A stretch of DNA of 63,113 nucleotides, filler included, from Stramenopiles sp. TOSAG23-6 (taxonomy: Eukaryota), in NCBI GenBank assembly GCA_900128565.1. It is 8 parts of 8 records of this genome, joined end to end, with 100 filler letters (N's around TTAATTAATTAA, not from the genome) between each part and the next. Parts side by side here need not be neighbours in the genome. Positions count along the whole stretch, not along the records: positions 7,924 to 15,736 come from LT636513.1; positions 15,837 to 23,640 come from LT636514.1; 6 more parts are not named here. One strand, written 5' to 3'. The notes beneath the pieces were generated by a model. The model was not told the origin of the DNA, ran no database searches, and worked only from the letters and a program-made list of their open reading frames with translations. Position numbers and translations under genes: made by a program. This document shows, piece after piece, positions 11,822 to 23,640 of this stretch. Each line of letters starts with the position of its first letter. Position 1 is the first letter of the stretch.

Positions 11822-13036
11822 TTGCGTATGAATACTCATTTTCCACTTGCACTTACAGATGGCGTTTCCGTGACTAAAATGGAAACAATAGGTATTCCCG
11901 TTACAAAGAAAAAAACATCATCGCATCAGACGAAACAAAGCGTAGATCTTACATCCAAATCAATGATTGCTGTGACAAGAAATATCCCAAAACAGTTTGT
12001 AAAGAAAGAGAACAAAACCCGTTTTTTCATCAACGCGAATAAAAAGAAAATGACCGTAAAAAAGAGTAAAAGACAGATAAATCAAACTATATCAGCTAAA
12101 GAAACGACAAGTGTAAATATAGCTTCTACTTCTGGTGAAACCCCGTACTCAAAGAGACCAAATCGTCCAAATTATTATGTATTAGAGGGAAATGTAAAAC
12201 ATGTCCGAACCAAAACTTTTATTGATCCATCATGCTTGAAATCTACAAGTCCATTTTCTTCTCCCACTAGCCACAGAGTTTCGCTTCTTTCACTATCGTC
12301 TACAGATTCGTGTTCAAAACCTAAAATTTATGGTGAAACTCAAACTACTCAGAATCTTGAAAATAAGAGATGTAATAGTAGTAGTAGTCGTATTAAGATA
12401 TGTAGTCGAAAGATAGAAAATAAAAATAATTCATCCACATCAAAAGTGAAACCTAATGATAGTAGTAATAAGGCATGCAATACTACGAATGCTGTAACTG
12501 CTGGAGATGTTCCACAAACATTCAGTGAACAAGAGCAATGGAAATGGGATGATGAAGCAAATGATGATATTTCAATTGAAAAATTTCACAATAATAATAA
12601 TATACATTCTGAAATAAATACATCTAAAGTGTATAGAGGGAGTGGTCCGACACATCCAGCAGTAGCGTTATCTAGTATTGGATCATCACTATACTGTATT
12701 GAAAGTAATCATGATGTGACTAAATATAGAGAGAATATCAGCACGAATTATTGTAAAGACAAAAATATAAAAGATACAAAAGATACAACAAGTGCATCAT
12801 ACACCACATACGAAAATAGTGGTACAAAGTTATCACCAAATAGAGAAACAAAAATACATTCACCGAGTGTCTTCATTTATGATAATAAAACTAAAATACA
12901 TAGAAACATATCAAGTGAAGAACGAAACCGTTTTGAAATTATGAGAAGAAATAGACATTTCAAAGCACAAAAAAAACAAAGAAATTTGCAAATGAAAGAA
13001 AGGCGGCATTTTCATAAATTATCAAGACTAAAATAA
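11822..13036 (+). CDS. Hypothetical low-complexity S/T/K/N-rich protein
   Basis: 404-aa ORF. Confidence 0.55.
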   Translation: MRMNTHFPLALTDGVSVTKMETIGIPVTKKKTSSHQTKQSVDLTSKSMIAVTRNIPKQFVKKENKTRFFINANKKKMTVKKSKRQINQTISAKETTSVNIASTSGETPYSKRPNRPNYYVLEGNVKHVRTKTFIDPSCLKSTSPFSSPTSHRVSLLSLSSTDSCSKPKIYGETQTTQNLENKRCNSSSSRIKICSRKIENKNNSSTSKVKPNDSSNKACNTTNAVTAGDVPQTFSEQEQWKWDDEANDDISIEKFHNNNNIHSEINTSKVYRGSGPTHPAVALSSIGSSLYCIESNHDVTKYRENISTNYCKDKNIKDTKDTTSASYTTYENSGTKLSPNRETKIHSPSVFIYDNKTKIHRNISSEERNRFEIMRRNRHFKAQKKQRNLQMKERRHFHKLSRLK

Positions 13037-13066
13037 AAACTTTTTATTTTACAAAACTAAAGAAAA

Positions 13067-15734
13067 TCACATTTTTCTGATATGATCTGGTGGTACTTGA
13101 GTTTCCTTATCACCATCACTATAGTTAATATCGTATGTACCATTACTATTACACTTTCCTATAGATGCTTCAAAGTAATCCTCGCCTCCTTGGTATCTTA
13201 CTGCAACAACATCACCAACACTGAAATTTTCTTGTTCTACCTCTGCACTTGTGGCATCTTGATCCATTGCGCGAACAAAATCAGCTGGAACATTTTGTTC
13301 CTTGTCCCCATCACTATAGTTTATATTGTAAGTACCATCAATATTACACTTTGCAATCGAACCTTCAAAATAGTCCTCCCCACCCTGATACCGCACTGCA
13401 ACAACATCACCAATACTAAATTGTGTATCATTGGTCGTACCCATTTTACCTACATTTGTATCACTAGATGAACCTACACTTACATGGCTTGATATCGCAC
13501 TAGCTGGTTCTGGAGATGTATTAGATTCTTCGGCGTCTTTACCAAATGGTCGTAAATATTCTTCAGGAACGTTATCTTCCGTATCACCGTCACTATAAGT
13601 AACAAAATAAGTACCATCAATATTACATTTTGAAATAATACCTTCAAAGAAATCTTGACCACCTTGAAACCTAGCTGCCACTGAATCGCCTTTTTTAAAT
13701 GCACCACGGTGTTCTTCTTTTTCGTGAAATACTGACGTAGATTGTGATGTTTTTACATCATTCGTTGCCGCAGAGTTTATGTCAAGTGAAGAATTTGAAG
13801 CAGTTGTAGTGGATGTCTGGTCATCTTCTACTACACTCCCATCTGCATTCATTAATCTAATGTTCTTCTCGAGTACCGATTTCTCTCTATCACCATCGCT
13901 ATATGTGACTCCGTAAGTGCCATCAATATTACACTTTGATATAGTACCTTCAAAGAAATCTTCTCCGCCTTGAAACCTTGCTGCAACTGAATCACCCACG
14001 GAAAAGGTAAAATTTTGTCTATCTGTTCTATTATTCTTATTTGGCGAAGTGAACGAATTTTCGCTATTCGTTTCATTAAGGTTGGGATTAGAACTAATAT
14101 TCTCCGGCTCGTCAGCTTTAATATCAGACATTTTACGTATAAAATCTTCCTGTACACTATTCTCTTTATCGCCATCACTATATGTAACAGAATATTTACC
14201 TACACCGGTTATTCCAGTAATTGATCCTTCAAACCAATCTTCTCCGCCTTGAAAACGTGCAGCAACTATATCGCCCACCACAAATTTCGCCGATTTTGCA
14301 AAGTTTTTGATATCAGCTTCCAATTTTTCTTTGGCTGCTTTTGCTTTTGCAATGCGTCTTTCTTCGGCTTCCTTTTGCTGTGCCGCTGCTTTTGCTTTTG
14401 CTATTTTTCTCTGCGCAGCTGCTTTTTCTTCTGCTATTTTCCTCTCTGCCGCTGCTTTTTCTTCGGCTACCCTTCTCTCCGAAGCTGCTTTTTCTTTAGC
14501 TATCTTTCTTTCTGCAGCTGCTTTTTCTTCTGCAATCTTTCTCTCGGCATCTTGATGTTCAGCACGTATATTCTCCCATTTTATCTTCACGCGTTGTACA
14601 CTTGAAATTGCTTCGTCTGCTGCCCTCTGCAAATCTGAAAGTTTCGTTTCGAATATCTCTTCGATGATCTGAAATACGTGCCAGGGCTGATTGAAGCAAT
14701 GTTCTAGCATTTGTGGTACAATTTTCAAACTCAACTCGAGAATTTTCTCCAACAGTCCTACCAATTAAAATATTACTATTTTGTGCAGTAGATACAATAG
14801 ATTCTAATTCTTTCTGTGAAGGCAATACCTTCTTCTGACTCATTTGATTCACTGTTTGTTGTAACCTCTGTTCTCTTTCGTGAAATTCCTTTTGTAATTG
14901 TTGTTTTCTTTTCTTCTCCTGTTTAATTAATTCTTCAACATGTCCAACAGCTTCTTTAGCTTCATTTAATACACGTTTGATCTGTTCACTTGTCATTTTT
15001 TGAGGCAATGCAAAGTCTACCTTCATCTCTGCTGCTTGTTTTGCTTCTCTAAGATTTTCATTAGCAGCAAGTAAAGCTTTCGAGATTTCTTCATTGCCTT
15101 CTAAGCCACTTTTAATCACTATTGACTGTAAATAGTCAACATTTTGATGGAGTGGATTAATATCGTCCTTCAATATTTGATTTCGAATTTCCTGTTCGTG
15201 TTGTACCCGTGCTGCTTGTTCCTGTACAGCTTTGGTCTTGTGTGTTGTTACTACATTACAACATTCTGTCACTTGCTTTGACGCGGCAATTACTGGTGCG
15301 GATAACAGTTGTAAAGTAGCACTGNNNNNNNNNNNNNNNNNNNNNNNNNNNNNNNNNNNNNNNNNNNNNNNNNNNNNNNNNNNNNNNNNNNNNNNNNNNN
15401 NNTGTCGAACGATTGCTGTTGCGGCTACGATAGCTGCATTCATACCTGCATGCTCACCAAATGTAGAATTGTGTTGTCTTACATCTGCTGATAAAACATC
15501 AAGGGTTTGTTTGGTTGATCTAATATCAAGTGATTCGACAAATTGTTTCGCCTGGGAAACCTTTTCTTTGGCTTCATCTGCTCTTACTTTTAATGTATGT
15601 AAAGCTGATGCAGTTGCAGAATCAGAACTCAAATAATCAGAGAGAGATGTTTGTCTTAATTCGCCACTGCCGACGCCACTAGTATCACCACAAAGTGTTT
15701 TTGCACGTGCTACTGATTCTGTTGCATGCTTCAA
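13067..15734 (-). CDS. Coiled-coil protein with five Tudor/Agenet-like repeats, 5'-incomplete, frameshift near 14670
   Basis: Five copies of F.VGD.VA.R(F/Y)QGGED.FEG.I..C..DGTY...YSDGD.E. Confidence 0.75.
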
Positions 15735-15883
15735 TGNNNNNNNNNNNNNNNNNNNNNNNNNNNNNNNNNNNNNNNNNNNNTTAATTAATTAANNNNNNNN
15801 NNNNNNNNNNNNNNNNNNNNNNNNNNNNNNNNNNNNAAAAAAAAAAAAAAAAAAATAGGGAAAAAATTTCCTATGAAAAAAAT

Positions 15884-15929
<46 letters not shown>

Positions 15930-15966
15930 ACAATTTTATGAAATTGGTGAAATAATGAAAATGTAC

Positions 15967-18292
15967 AAATGTGCTTAAAAATGAATCACATAAATCTAAT
16001 GTTGTAGAGGATGATGAACACAATGATGTTAATAATTCAATGATTGTGCCAACAGTGCTACTTGGCCATTTATATGACAAGTCAATTGGATTATGAATGT
16101 GTTCCTATATTTGTAGAAAATATTTCAAAATTTAAAAAAATATTTTGTTAGGTACAAAATTTACTACGAAAAAAAAAATGAAAAAAAAATGAAAAAAAAA
16201 TTCCAAAATTTTTTTTAAACAAAAGATAAAAAAAGATAAAAAAAATATTCTTATTACAACACGTACCAACATTTTTGGTGTCATATGCCGGGGACACAAA
16301 ACTGTTTTCATAATTGAATATAAAATGTTTTGAACTCTTTCATCACTTTTTTCAATTTTTTCACTTTTTTCAATTTTTTCAATTTTTTCAATTTTTTCTT
16401 GATGTTGTCGACAAAATCGAACATGAATTATTTTTTCACGCCCATTACCGGGTATCAGCTGGTCAGGCACATTTTCTATAGTAAAACCTAGTAAAGATGC
16501 AATTTCTCTACTTATAGTAGGGTCATACGGTAATGTTTCAATAAGCATGTATTTTGGAAAAATATTTCAAAAAAAATCTAAAAAATTTCGTTAGGTACAA
16601 AATTTCGTACGAAAAAAAAAATTCGATTTTTTTGTAAAAAAAATAAAAAAATAAAAAAATAAAACATACATACTATCAAGACAATCAGCAACAGATAAAA
16701 TTTGTTCGGTAAAAATAAAAGGTTGAAATTGTTTTTTTTTTTTTTTTGAAATTTTTTTTTCTTCTTCTTTTGAAATTTTCGTTTTTTTTGGACTTTCTTG
16801 ATTAGGATTAGGGTTAGGGTTTTTTAATGCAGGTATGCATTTCATTACTAAATTCCACATCCCTACATAATCAATGACATTACTTGTATCAATAGCATGA
16901 TATCCATTACTTCCAGGTTGTTTTAAAGGAATTTCCATACAATGGTAAAAAAATATTTGAAAAAAAAATTCAGAATTTTTGTTAGGTACGAAATTTTTTT
17001 ACGAGATTTTTTTTACGAAAAAAAAAAAAAAAAAAAAAATGTAGGATAAAAAAATACATGCAATTACCAAATGTAAAAAAACAGCGTATTGTATTGTTTT
17101 TGACAGATTTTTGTAGACGAATAAATAATGGTGTCCAAACATTTTGAAGCGTTTTCGCAAATGAAGGTGAACCCACCATATTATCGATTGCATTGCTTGT
17201 ATTGGTTGTAGTAGAGTTAGGGTTAGGGTTAGGGTTAGGGTCGTCGAAAATTTCGTCACTAGTTAGTGATGCAAAAGCGCCAACAGGCCCTTGACATTCT
17301 AAATATATGGCATGCTGTTTGATCCCATCGATATCATCATTCGATATTTCAAAATTTTCAAAATTACATGTAGAAAGTATTGTGAAAAAATATTTCAAAA
17401 TTTACTATAAAAAAAAAATTTGTTAGGTATGAAATTTTTTTACGAAATTTTTTTACGAAAAAAAAAAATTTAAATTTGAAATTTAAATTTGAAATTCATA
17501 TAAAACGTACAACATCAAATAGAGTTGGGTTTATATACGTCACTGTAGTGTTTGTGAGGGAAGAGTCAACGGAGGAAACCCCATGTTTAAGCCAATCTAC
17601 AAGAAGATGTGATAAACGTCCATGACCTGCACTTTGGTCTGAGAGTCTTTTTGCACGTACATAAATTATGAAAAAATATTTCGAAAAAAAAAATCTAAAA
17701 AAAATTGTTAGGTACAAAATTTCGTACGAAAAAAAAAATCAAAAAAAAAAAATTCAAAATTGAAATGAAAACGAACTTGTAATAATTTTTTTGTGTTTGT
17801 TTGTACAGATTTCAAAGATAAAATCGTACGCCATGCAATCCAATGTTGTTTCATAGCACTTAATGTCTTTTTATCTGTTCGAATCCATGAAGGGATTTGT
17901 TCAATTAATTGACACAAGGTTTTAAAAAGTTGAGAAAAAGTTTCTTCATTGAGCAAGACATCACTCCAAATAGCTGTTGCATATTGTATACTCAACTCTC
18001 CTTCAGATGCCAAGGTGATCAGTACCACATTTCGTGCAAGGGCAATCGAATTTAAGTCATTGAAATGTAGTTCAACTCGTGCTTCTGATGGAATATTTAT
18101 CAAAGTGGTGAGAGGGTTTCGTATATCACCAACTCCAATCCAAAGCAATTTGATGGGTGTTGCGTTACATAAACTTTGTACTTCTTCTTTTGTTAGCAAG
18201 CTGCGAGCAAATGTATTTCCAATAAGAAAGCCACTCATCACACTATCGACAAGCTTACGTCGTGCAAGACTAAATGGTTTAGAGTACACCAT
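15967..18292 (-). CDS. DUF4470-like domain protein, multi-exon, 3'-incomplete; exons 18292-17777, 17660-17511, 17374-17058, 16936-16670, 16546-16267, 16104-15967
   Basis: LLWIGVGDIRN..LHFNDLNSIALARNVVL motif; all five complete element excisions keep the frame open. Confidence 0.7.
16105..16266 (-). mobile_element. Introner-like intron, GT-AG
   Basis: GTACGT...GTACCTAAC...CAAATATAG; phase-0 in-frame join. Confidence 0.75.
16547..16669 (-). mobile_element. Introner-like intron, GT-AT
   Basis: Full consensus; join reads CLDS-M-LIETLP. Confidence 0.85.
16937..17057 (-). mobile_element. Introner-like intron, GT-AT
   Basis: Core TACGAAA/GTACCTAAC; join reads FGNC-M-EIPLK. Confidence 0.75.
17375..17510 (-). 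mobile_element. Introner-like intron, GT-TT
   Basis: TT|GTACGT...CACAATACTT; join reads LFDV-STCNF. Confidence 0.75.
17661..17776 (-). mobile_element. Introner-like intron, GT-AT
   Basis: AA|GTTCGT...CATAATTTAT; join reads KLLQ-VRAKRL. Confidence 0.8.
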
Positions 18293-18561
18293 CACTCGAA
18301 ATAGCGTACTGTGGCAAGTACTCTAAAAGTAGTACTTAGTAGTAGTACTTTAAAAGTAGTAGTAAACGTCGTAGTAAACGCCAAGAAGACTTCAGAAGTT
18401 CAGAACTTTTTGGAGAACACCACGATAGTACCTGGTAACCTTGAATCTTAACTTCGCTGACTCTAAATTTTAGACACGTGTTCGTTGTGTTGTTGTTCTT
18501 TGCACGACTTGTTGTTGTTCGTCTTGTGATTGATTTTTCATACTAATCAAAACAATACAAT

Positions 18562-19282
18562 ATGGTACGTGACACTTCAACACATGTGGGAGGTTGTCAT
18601 CCATGATATTTGGATGACAACCTCCCACGTAGTTATATTTCGCTTTTATTTACTATCCCTATCCCACTTCGCCTTTCGTTAGTGTTACACGAACCCTAGT
18701 GTTACACTAACGTCATGGTTGAGACCGTTGTGCGATTGAACTTCCTTCGGGAAGCTTTCCTCATCGAGTATATGTGGCTAAATCATTTATTCACCATCAC
18801 AAACCCTTTATATATACCCAAATATACATGCTTTAATTGTAAAGGAAGGCGAGTTTCAGCACATTCTCCGTGTTATGAACACTAATCTTAACGGTAAGGA
18901 GAAAATCATGTATGCTCTGACAGCTATCAAAGGCATTGGTCGTCGTTTTTCCAACTTAATTCTTAAAAAAGCTGAGATTGACCTCAACAAACGTGCTGGT
19001 ATGATGTCTCAAGAAGAGATCGAAAAAATCGTAGCTATTATTGAAGATCCTCTTCGTTTTAAGATCCCAAAATGGTTCTTGAACAAACAGAAGGATCCTG
19101 TTACTGGTAAATGGACTCAACTACATGCTCAAGGTGTTGCTGGTGGTCTTCGTGAAGACATTGAACGTCTCAAGAAGATCCGCTCTCACCGTGGTCTCCG
19201 TCATTACTGGGGACTTACTGTTCGTGGTCAACATACAAAGACAACTGGGCGTAAGGGCAAATCTGTAGGAAAGAAAAACTAA
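18562..19282 (+). CDS. RPS18: 40S ribosomal protein S18 (uS13); exons 18562-18564 and 18830-19282
   Basis: [49 protein letters not shown]. Confidence 0.96.
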
Positions 19283-19565
19283 AGTAGCCTAACCCTAACC
19301 CTAACCCTAATGTCGAAATTAGTGAATTTGAAACATGTCAGGACTCGATTTTTTAATATTTTTGAGTTAATTATATAGCGTGAATTCAGTTCTATATCTT
19401 AGTTTGTTGATTGTCATAATCAAGTTAGAATTCTTAGAATTGTATTTAAAATATTGAATAAAAACCAGTATGAAAAAATATTTTGTAACCTTAACCCTAA
19501 GTACTATCGAATTGAAAAAAAAACACTTAAAATTGAATATACAATTTTATCTACTTAATTTTTTT

Positions 19566-22500
19566 TTACTCTTCAAAAGTTGTACATTGACTAAATTGAC
19601 TGATAAAAGAAATATGACTTAAATCACTCAAATGATCATTATGCAGTTGCTCATTTCTATCAATAAAACATGAAGTAATAAAATCTCTAATAATTTTGAT
19701 ACTCTTTAAAAGTTCAAATAATTCAGTGATTTCATTAGGGTTAGGGTTATTAGGGTTAGGGCTATTATTTCCATTATTTTCAATGCATTTTGAAGAATTC
19801 GTATTTAATTTCGTACCAATTTGTTGAAGAATTTCACCCCATAATTGTAGAACATACGAAATCTCAACTGAATGATCAAAAATTTCATCATTTGTTGTTG
19901 TACACGAATTATTTTGTGTTTTTTGTGTTTTTTTTGTTTTTTTTGTTTTTTGTGTATTTCGTGTTTTTTGTGTCTTTTGTTGTTTTTTGAATTGATTCAA
20001 TGCAGAGTTTGATGTTTTTTTAGAATCATTGGAATTATACTTCTTTTTATTAGGAGTTTTTATACGAATAGGAAGAGATTTTATATCCAAATTATTCTTT
20101 TGAAATATTGTACCATTAGGGTTAGGGTTAGGGTGTAATGAGTGATTTTCATTTTTTTCTAATGTTTGCCATTCCTTCTTAAAAACATCAGGATCTTGTT
20201 TTTGAAGTGAAATAATATCATCCTCAACTTGTCTATATTCTTTAATCAATCCATTGGATATTGAATTCCAATGAGATTGCATTTGACTCATTTGAAGTGA
20301 ACGATGACGAAATAATCTACTTTCATGTATTTGGGAAAAATATTTCAAAAAAAATTTTGAAAATTTGTTAGGTACAAAATTACGTACGAAAAAAAAATTC
20401 GATTTTTTTGTTAAAAAAAAAAATAAAACATACAGCAAGAATTTGTGAAATGATAATATTTCGTGCAACTTGCAAAGAATATTGACTTGACTCAGTTCCA
20501 TCTTTACTTTTCATACTAGTGTTTTGATATGATATTGAATTGTTAGGGTTGGGGTTAGGGCTATAATTTTTTTTTTTTCCATCATTTTTTGTATCATTTT
20601 TTAAATCATTTTTTGTATTATTTTTTGTATCATTTTTCAAATCATTTTTTAAATCATTTTTTAAATCTTTTGTTAATTCAGAAAATGAAAACTTGACATG
20701 AGGGAAACGACCTATATTTTGGAAAAATATTTCAAAAAAAAATCTAAAAAAAATTGTTAGGTACAAAATTTACTATAAAAACCAAAAACCAAAAACCAAA
20801 AAAAAAAAAATCGAATTTGAAAAAAAATTGAAAAAAAATAAAACAAACTTGTGAATTTTTTTTCCAAGACTATAGAGGACAAATAAGAAAAAAGCATATA
20901 CATTTTTTTTTCAATATCTATTTTTTGTTTTAATCCATTTTTCAAGAATACCAAATGCTTTGGGAGTATACCATCAGCTACTAATGTTTTTAAAGATTTT
21001 TGAGCGACGCGGTTGAAACTGCTAATTTGGAATTTATCTGTACATGTATTGTGAAAAATATTTTTTTTTTAATAAAATTTGTTAGGTACGAAATTTCGTA
21101 CGAAAAAAAAATAAATTCGAAATTGAAAAAAATAAAACGTACATGCAAGTGCCCCAAAATGTTGCCAACTTTTCATGATTACAAAAGAAGGGAGGATAAC
21201 AAATAAAATAGACACCATAATTGATTGAATGGCAATACTTCTTTGAATCCAAATAGCCTGGCGATCAGGTTTGCTACTATTTAAATGGTAGCCTAAAACA
21301 CAACTTTCTACTAATCCGGCAACTGTATTGTGAAAAATTAAAAAAAAAAAATATCGTTAGGTACAAAATTTCGTATGAAAAAAAAAATAGGTAAAAAAAT
21401 TCATGATGAAAACGAACCTGAACCACCTAAAATTAAGAAAAATGAAACATTATCAATAAATGGTTGTACCTTTTCTTGTGAAGCCATAACTTGAGGATCT
21501 GTGCCCAAACAAACTCCTAGAATGACAAATAAATGATGTAACCAAGCATCTAGAGGTAGTTCTGGAATACTCGCCAATTCCCAAATCATGACGGCCATAA
21601 TATTGTCACGGGCAAAAATCCAAGCCCGCATAGCAACTGCATCTGTGAGTGACATGCCAGCTTCTTCACATGTCATTGCAGTGTGTTTGTTTAAAAGGAC
21701 CATGTTGGATTTTTTTATATTAAATTTACCGAATAATCCACGTTCCAAGTCGACTTGAGGAGCTACTAAAAATGCGATTTGCACGAAACATGAAGCTCTG
21801 ACAATAATTTTCACACAGAAGCCTACTAATTTTCTTCGTTTTAGATGAGTAAATTTCCCCCACAAAGCACCAAATACAGAAGGAACAACAATGTCTTTGA
21901 GCAAAACACAAGAGATTAACACTTCCAGCAGGCAAAAAACGAACACTGTCTGTGTGGAGCCTCCAATACAACCTTGGAAGAGAAACACCTTTGTGAGGTC
22001 ACCAGTGTAAACATAACCCGGAAACAAAACGACAAACAATGGTTTCCAAATGAGCAACACTACAGCAATGGATGCTGGAATGGATTTATATATATTTTTT
22101 GATTTAAAAAATTTGTTAGGTACAAAATTTTCCATTTTCTTAGTAAAAACAATTTGGAAATCAAAATGAAAATGTACAGGATGGTGTCTTTGAAAGCACT
22201 TCCGAATTTCCTTGTTGTTTTACCTCCCCCAAATGATTATCTTTATCATCAATATGGCTATCATCTCGTTTACCGTCTATTTCAATATCATCAATATCTT
22301 GAATAGATTTATCTGCACGATTTTCATTCGTATCTTTAGGGTTAGGGTTAGGATTATCTGTACCTTCCTCGTTATTTTCCTGACTACTTCTATTATCTTC
22401 TTCATATTCACCATTTTTATTTGGCCGTAAATGAGCTTGAAATACTTCACCAGGACCAATGTTTTGTGAAAAAAATTGTTTTTTTTTAAATTGGTTAGAT

Positions 22501-23585
22501 GTGAAATTTTTTTATGGAAAAAAAATATACATTTGAAATTCATAATGAAAACGTATCGAAATAAAAACTCAAAAAAAAAAAAAAAATGTTAGGTACAAAA
22601 TTTCGTATTAAAAAAAAAATAAATTTGAAATTCATAATGAAAACGTACATGCCAGGGGGTACGGCAAGGGTATATCTCCGACCATCAGTCATGCTAATTA
22701 GTATATGTTGCCCTTTTTGCCAGTCTAAAGGTACAGGAACAGAAACAACCTCAGGTTCAGGCATGTGACTATGAAGTTCTGTTTGAAATGATTCTCCTGG
22801 ACCAATGTGTTTTGGAAAAATATTTGAAAAAAAAAACTAAAAATTGTTAGGTACAAAATTTCGTACGAAAACTAAAAAAAAAAAATTGGAATTAAAAAAA
22901 AAGTAAAACGTACATTCCTGGAGGAACAGCGAGAGTATATCTATGACCATCCGTCATGGTCACTAGGATATGTTGTCCTTCAAGCCAATCTTCAGGTACA
23001 AAAACAGACACTACTTGAGGTTCACCATTGCCTGAATCATCACTCATTGATTCACTCTGATCATATATTGTGGAAAAATATTTCAAAAAAAAAAAAAAAA
23101 ATTGTTAGGTATAAAATTTTCTACCAAAAAAACAAAATTTGAAATTCATCTATGAAAACGTACATCGACACATTCGTATCCACTCTCAGTACTGTTTGCA
23201 CCAAAGCGACTGCGTGCACCGCCTACATCGCTATGAGATCCTCCTCCACTGCTCCCGTTTCTAAAATCGGACACACTAGATTGGTCATCTCTACCAAAAC
23301 CTCTAAAATGCCAATTATTATTTCTTGGTTTCACATGATTCTCTTGAACTGTATTCGCCATTGTATCACATTCTTCATTTTCTTCAAAACGGACACCTTT
23401 ACCAAAACCAGCAGATGTACCACGCTTCAACTGCAAAGAATAGTCATCGCTATTTTGTGAATCATCACTACTATTATCATCACCAAAGGTTCCACTTCCA
23501 CGACGTACAGTAGTCACTATTGTTCCAGAATTTCCTGACGCTTCCGCATTTGTTTTATCATTACACAAATTTTCTTTCTGGCCAA
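19566..23585 (-). CDS. Multi-exon reading frame(s): two VPPGIGPG repeat domains, a multi-pass membrane segment and a low-complexity C-terminal region; possibly more than one gene
   Basis: Excising eight elements yields a continuous open frame; domain content changes abruptly at 21044-21142. Confidence 0.5.
20325..20433 (-). mobile_element. Introner-like intron, GT-AT
   Basis: CT|GTATGT...CCCAAATACAT; join reads SQILA-ESRLF. Confidence 0.82.
20712..20848 (-). mobile_element. Introner-like intron, GT-AG
   Basis: GTTTGT...CCAAAATATAG; in-frame phase 1. Confidence 0.8.
21044..21142 (-). mobile_element. Introner-like intron, GT-AT
   Basis: AT|GTACGT...CACAATACAT; in-frame phase 1. Confidence 0.8.
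21323..21417 (-). mobile_element. Introner-like intron, GT-AG
   Basis: AG|GTTCGT...CACAATACAG; join reads LGGS-V-AGLV. Confidence 0.82.
22090..22177 (-). mobile_element. Introner-like intron, degenerate, GT-AT
   Basis: GTACAT...TTTTGTACCTAAC...AAATATAT; in-frame phase 1. Confidence 0.65.
22459..22648 (-). mobile_element. Introner-like intron, compound (internal partial duplication), GT-AT
   Basis: Join reads VPPG-I-GPGEVFQ; two copies of ACGTTTTCATTATGAATTTCAAAT. Confidence 0.8.
22805..22913 (-). mobile_element. Introner-like intron, GT-AT
   Basis: Join reads VPPG-I-GPGESFQ. Confidence 0.85.
23063..23163 (-). mobile_element. Introner-like intron, GT-AT
   Basis: AT|GTACGT...CACAATATAT; join reads ECVD-DQSES. 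Confidence 0.8.
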
Positions 23586-23640
23586 ATGTATTTTGGAAAA
23601 ATATTTCAAAAAAAAAATCGTTAGGTACAAAATTTTTATA
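23586..23640 (-). mobile_element. Introner-like element truncated at contig end (others: 15837-15966, 31643-31701, 39384-39438, ~47280-47331, 47432-47508, 55136-55223, 55324-55376, 63022-63113)
   Basis: Consensus fragments abutting spacers or window edge. Confidence 0.8.

Noticed and set aside
10102-14764. Frameshifts near 10130 and 14670 (also 41770) as programmed frameshifting
   Set aside because: No clear slippery site or structure; single-base assembly indels are more likely
15837-15930. Long poly-A tract as a retroposon tail
   Set aside because: Low-quality contig end within a T-rich element on the minus strand
16105-23640. Regularly spaced repeats as a CRISPR array
   Set aside because: Repeats are ~100 nt and divergent, the spacers are exons, the context is eukaryotic and no cas genes are present
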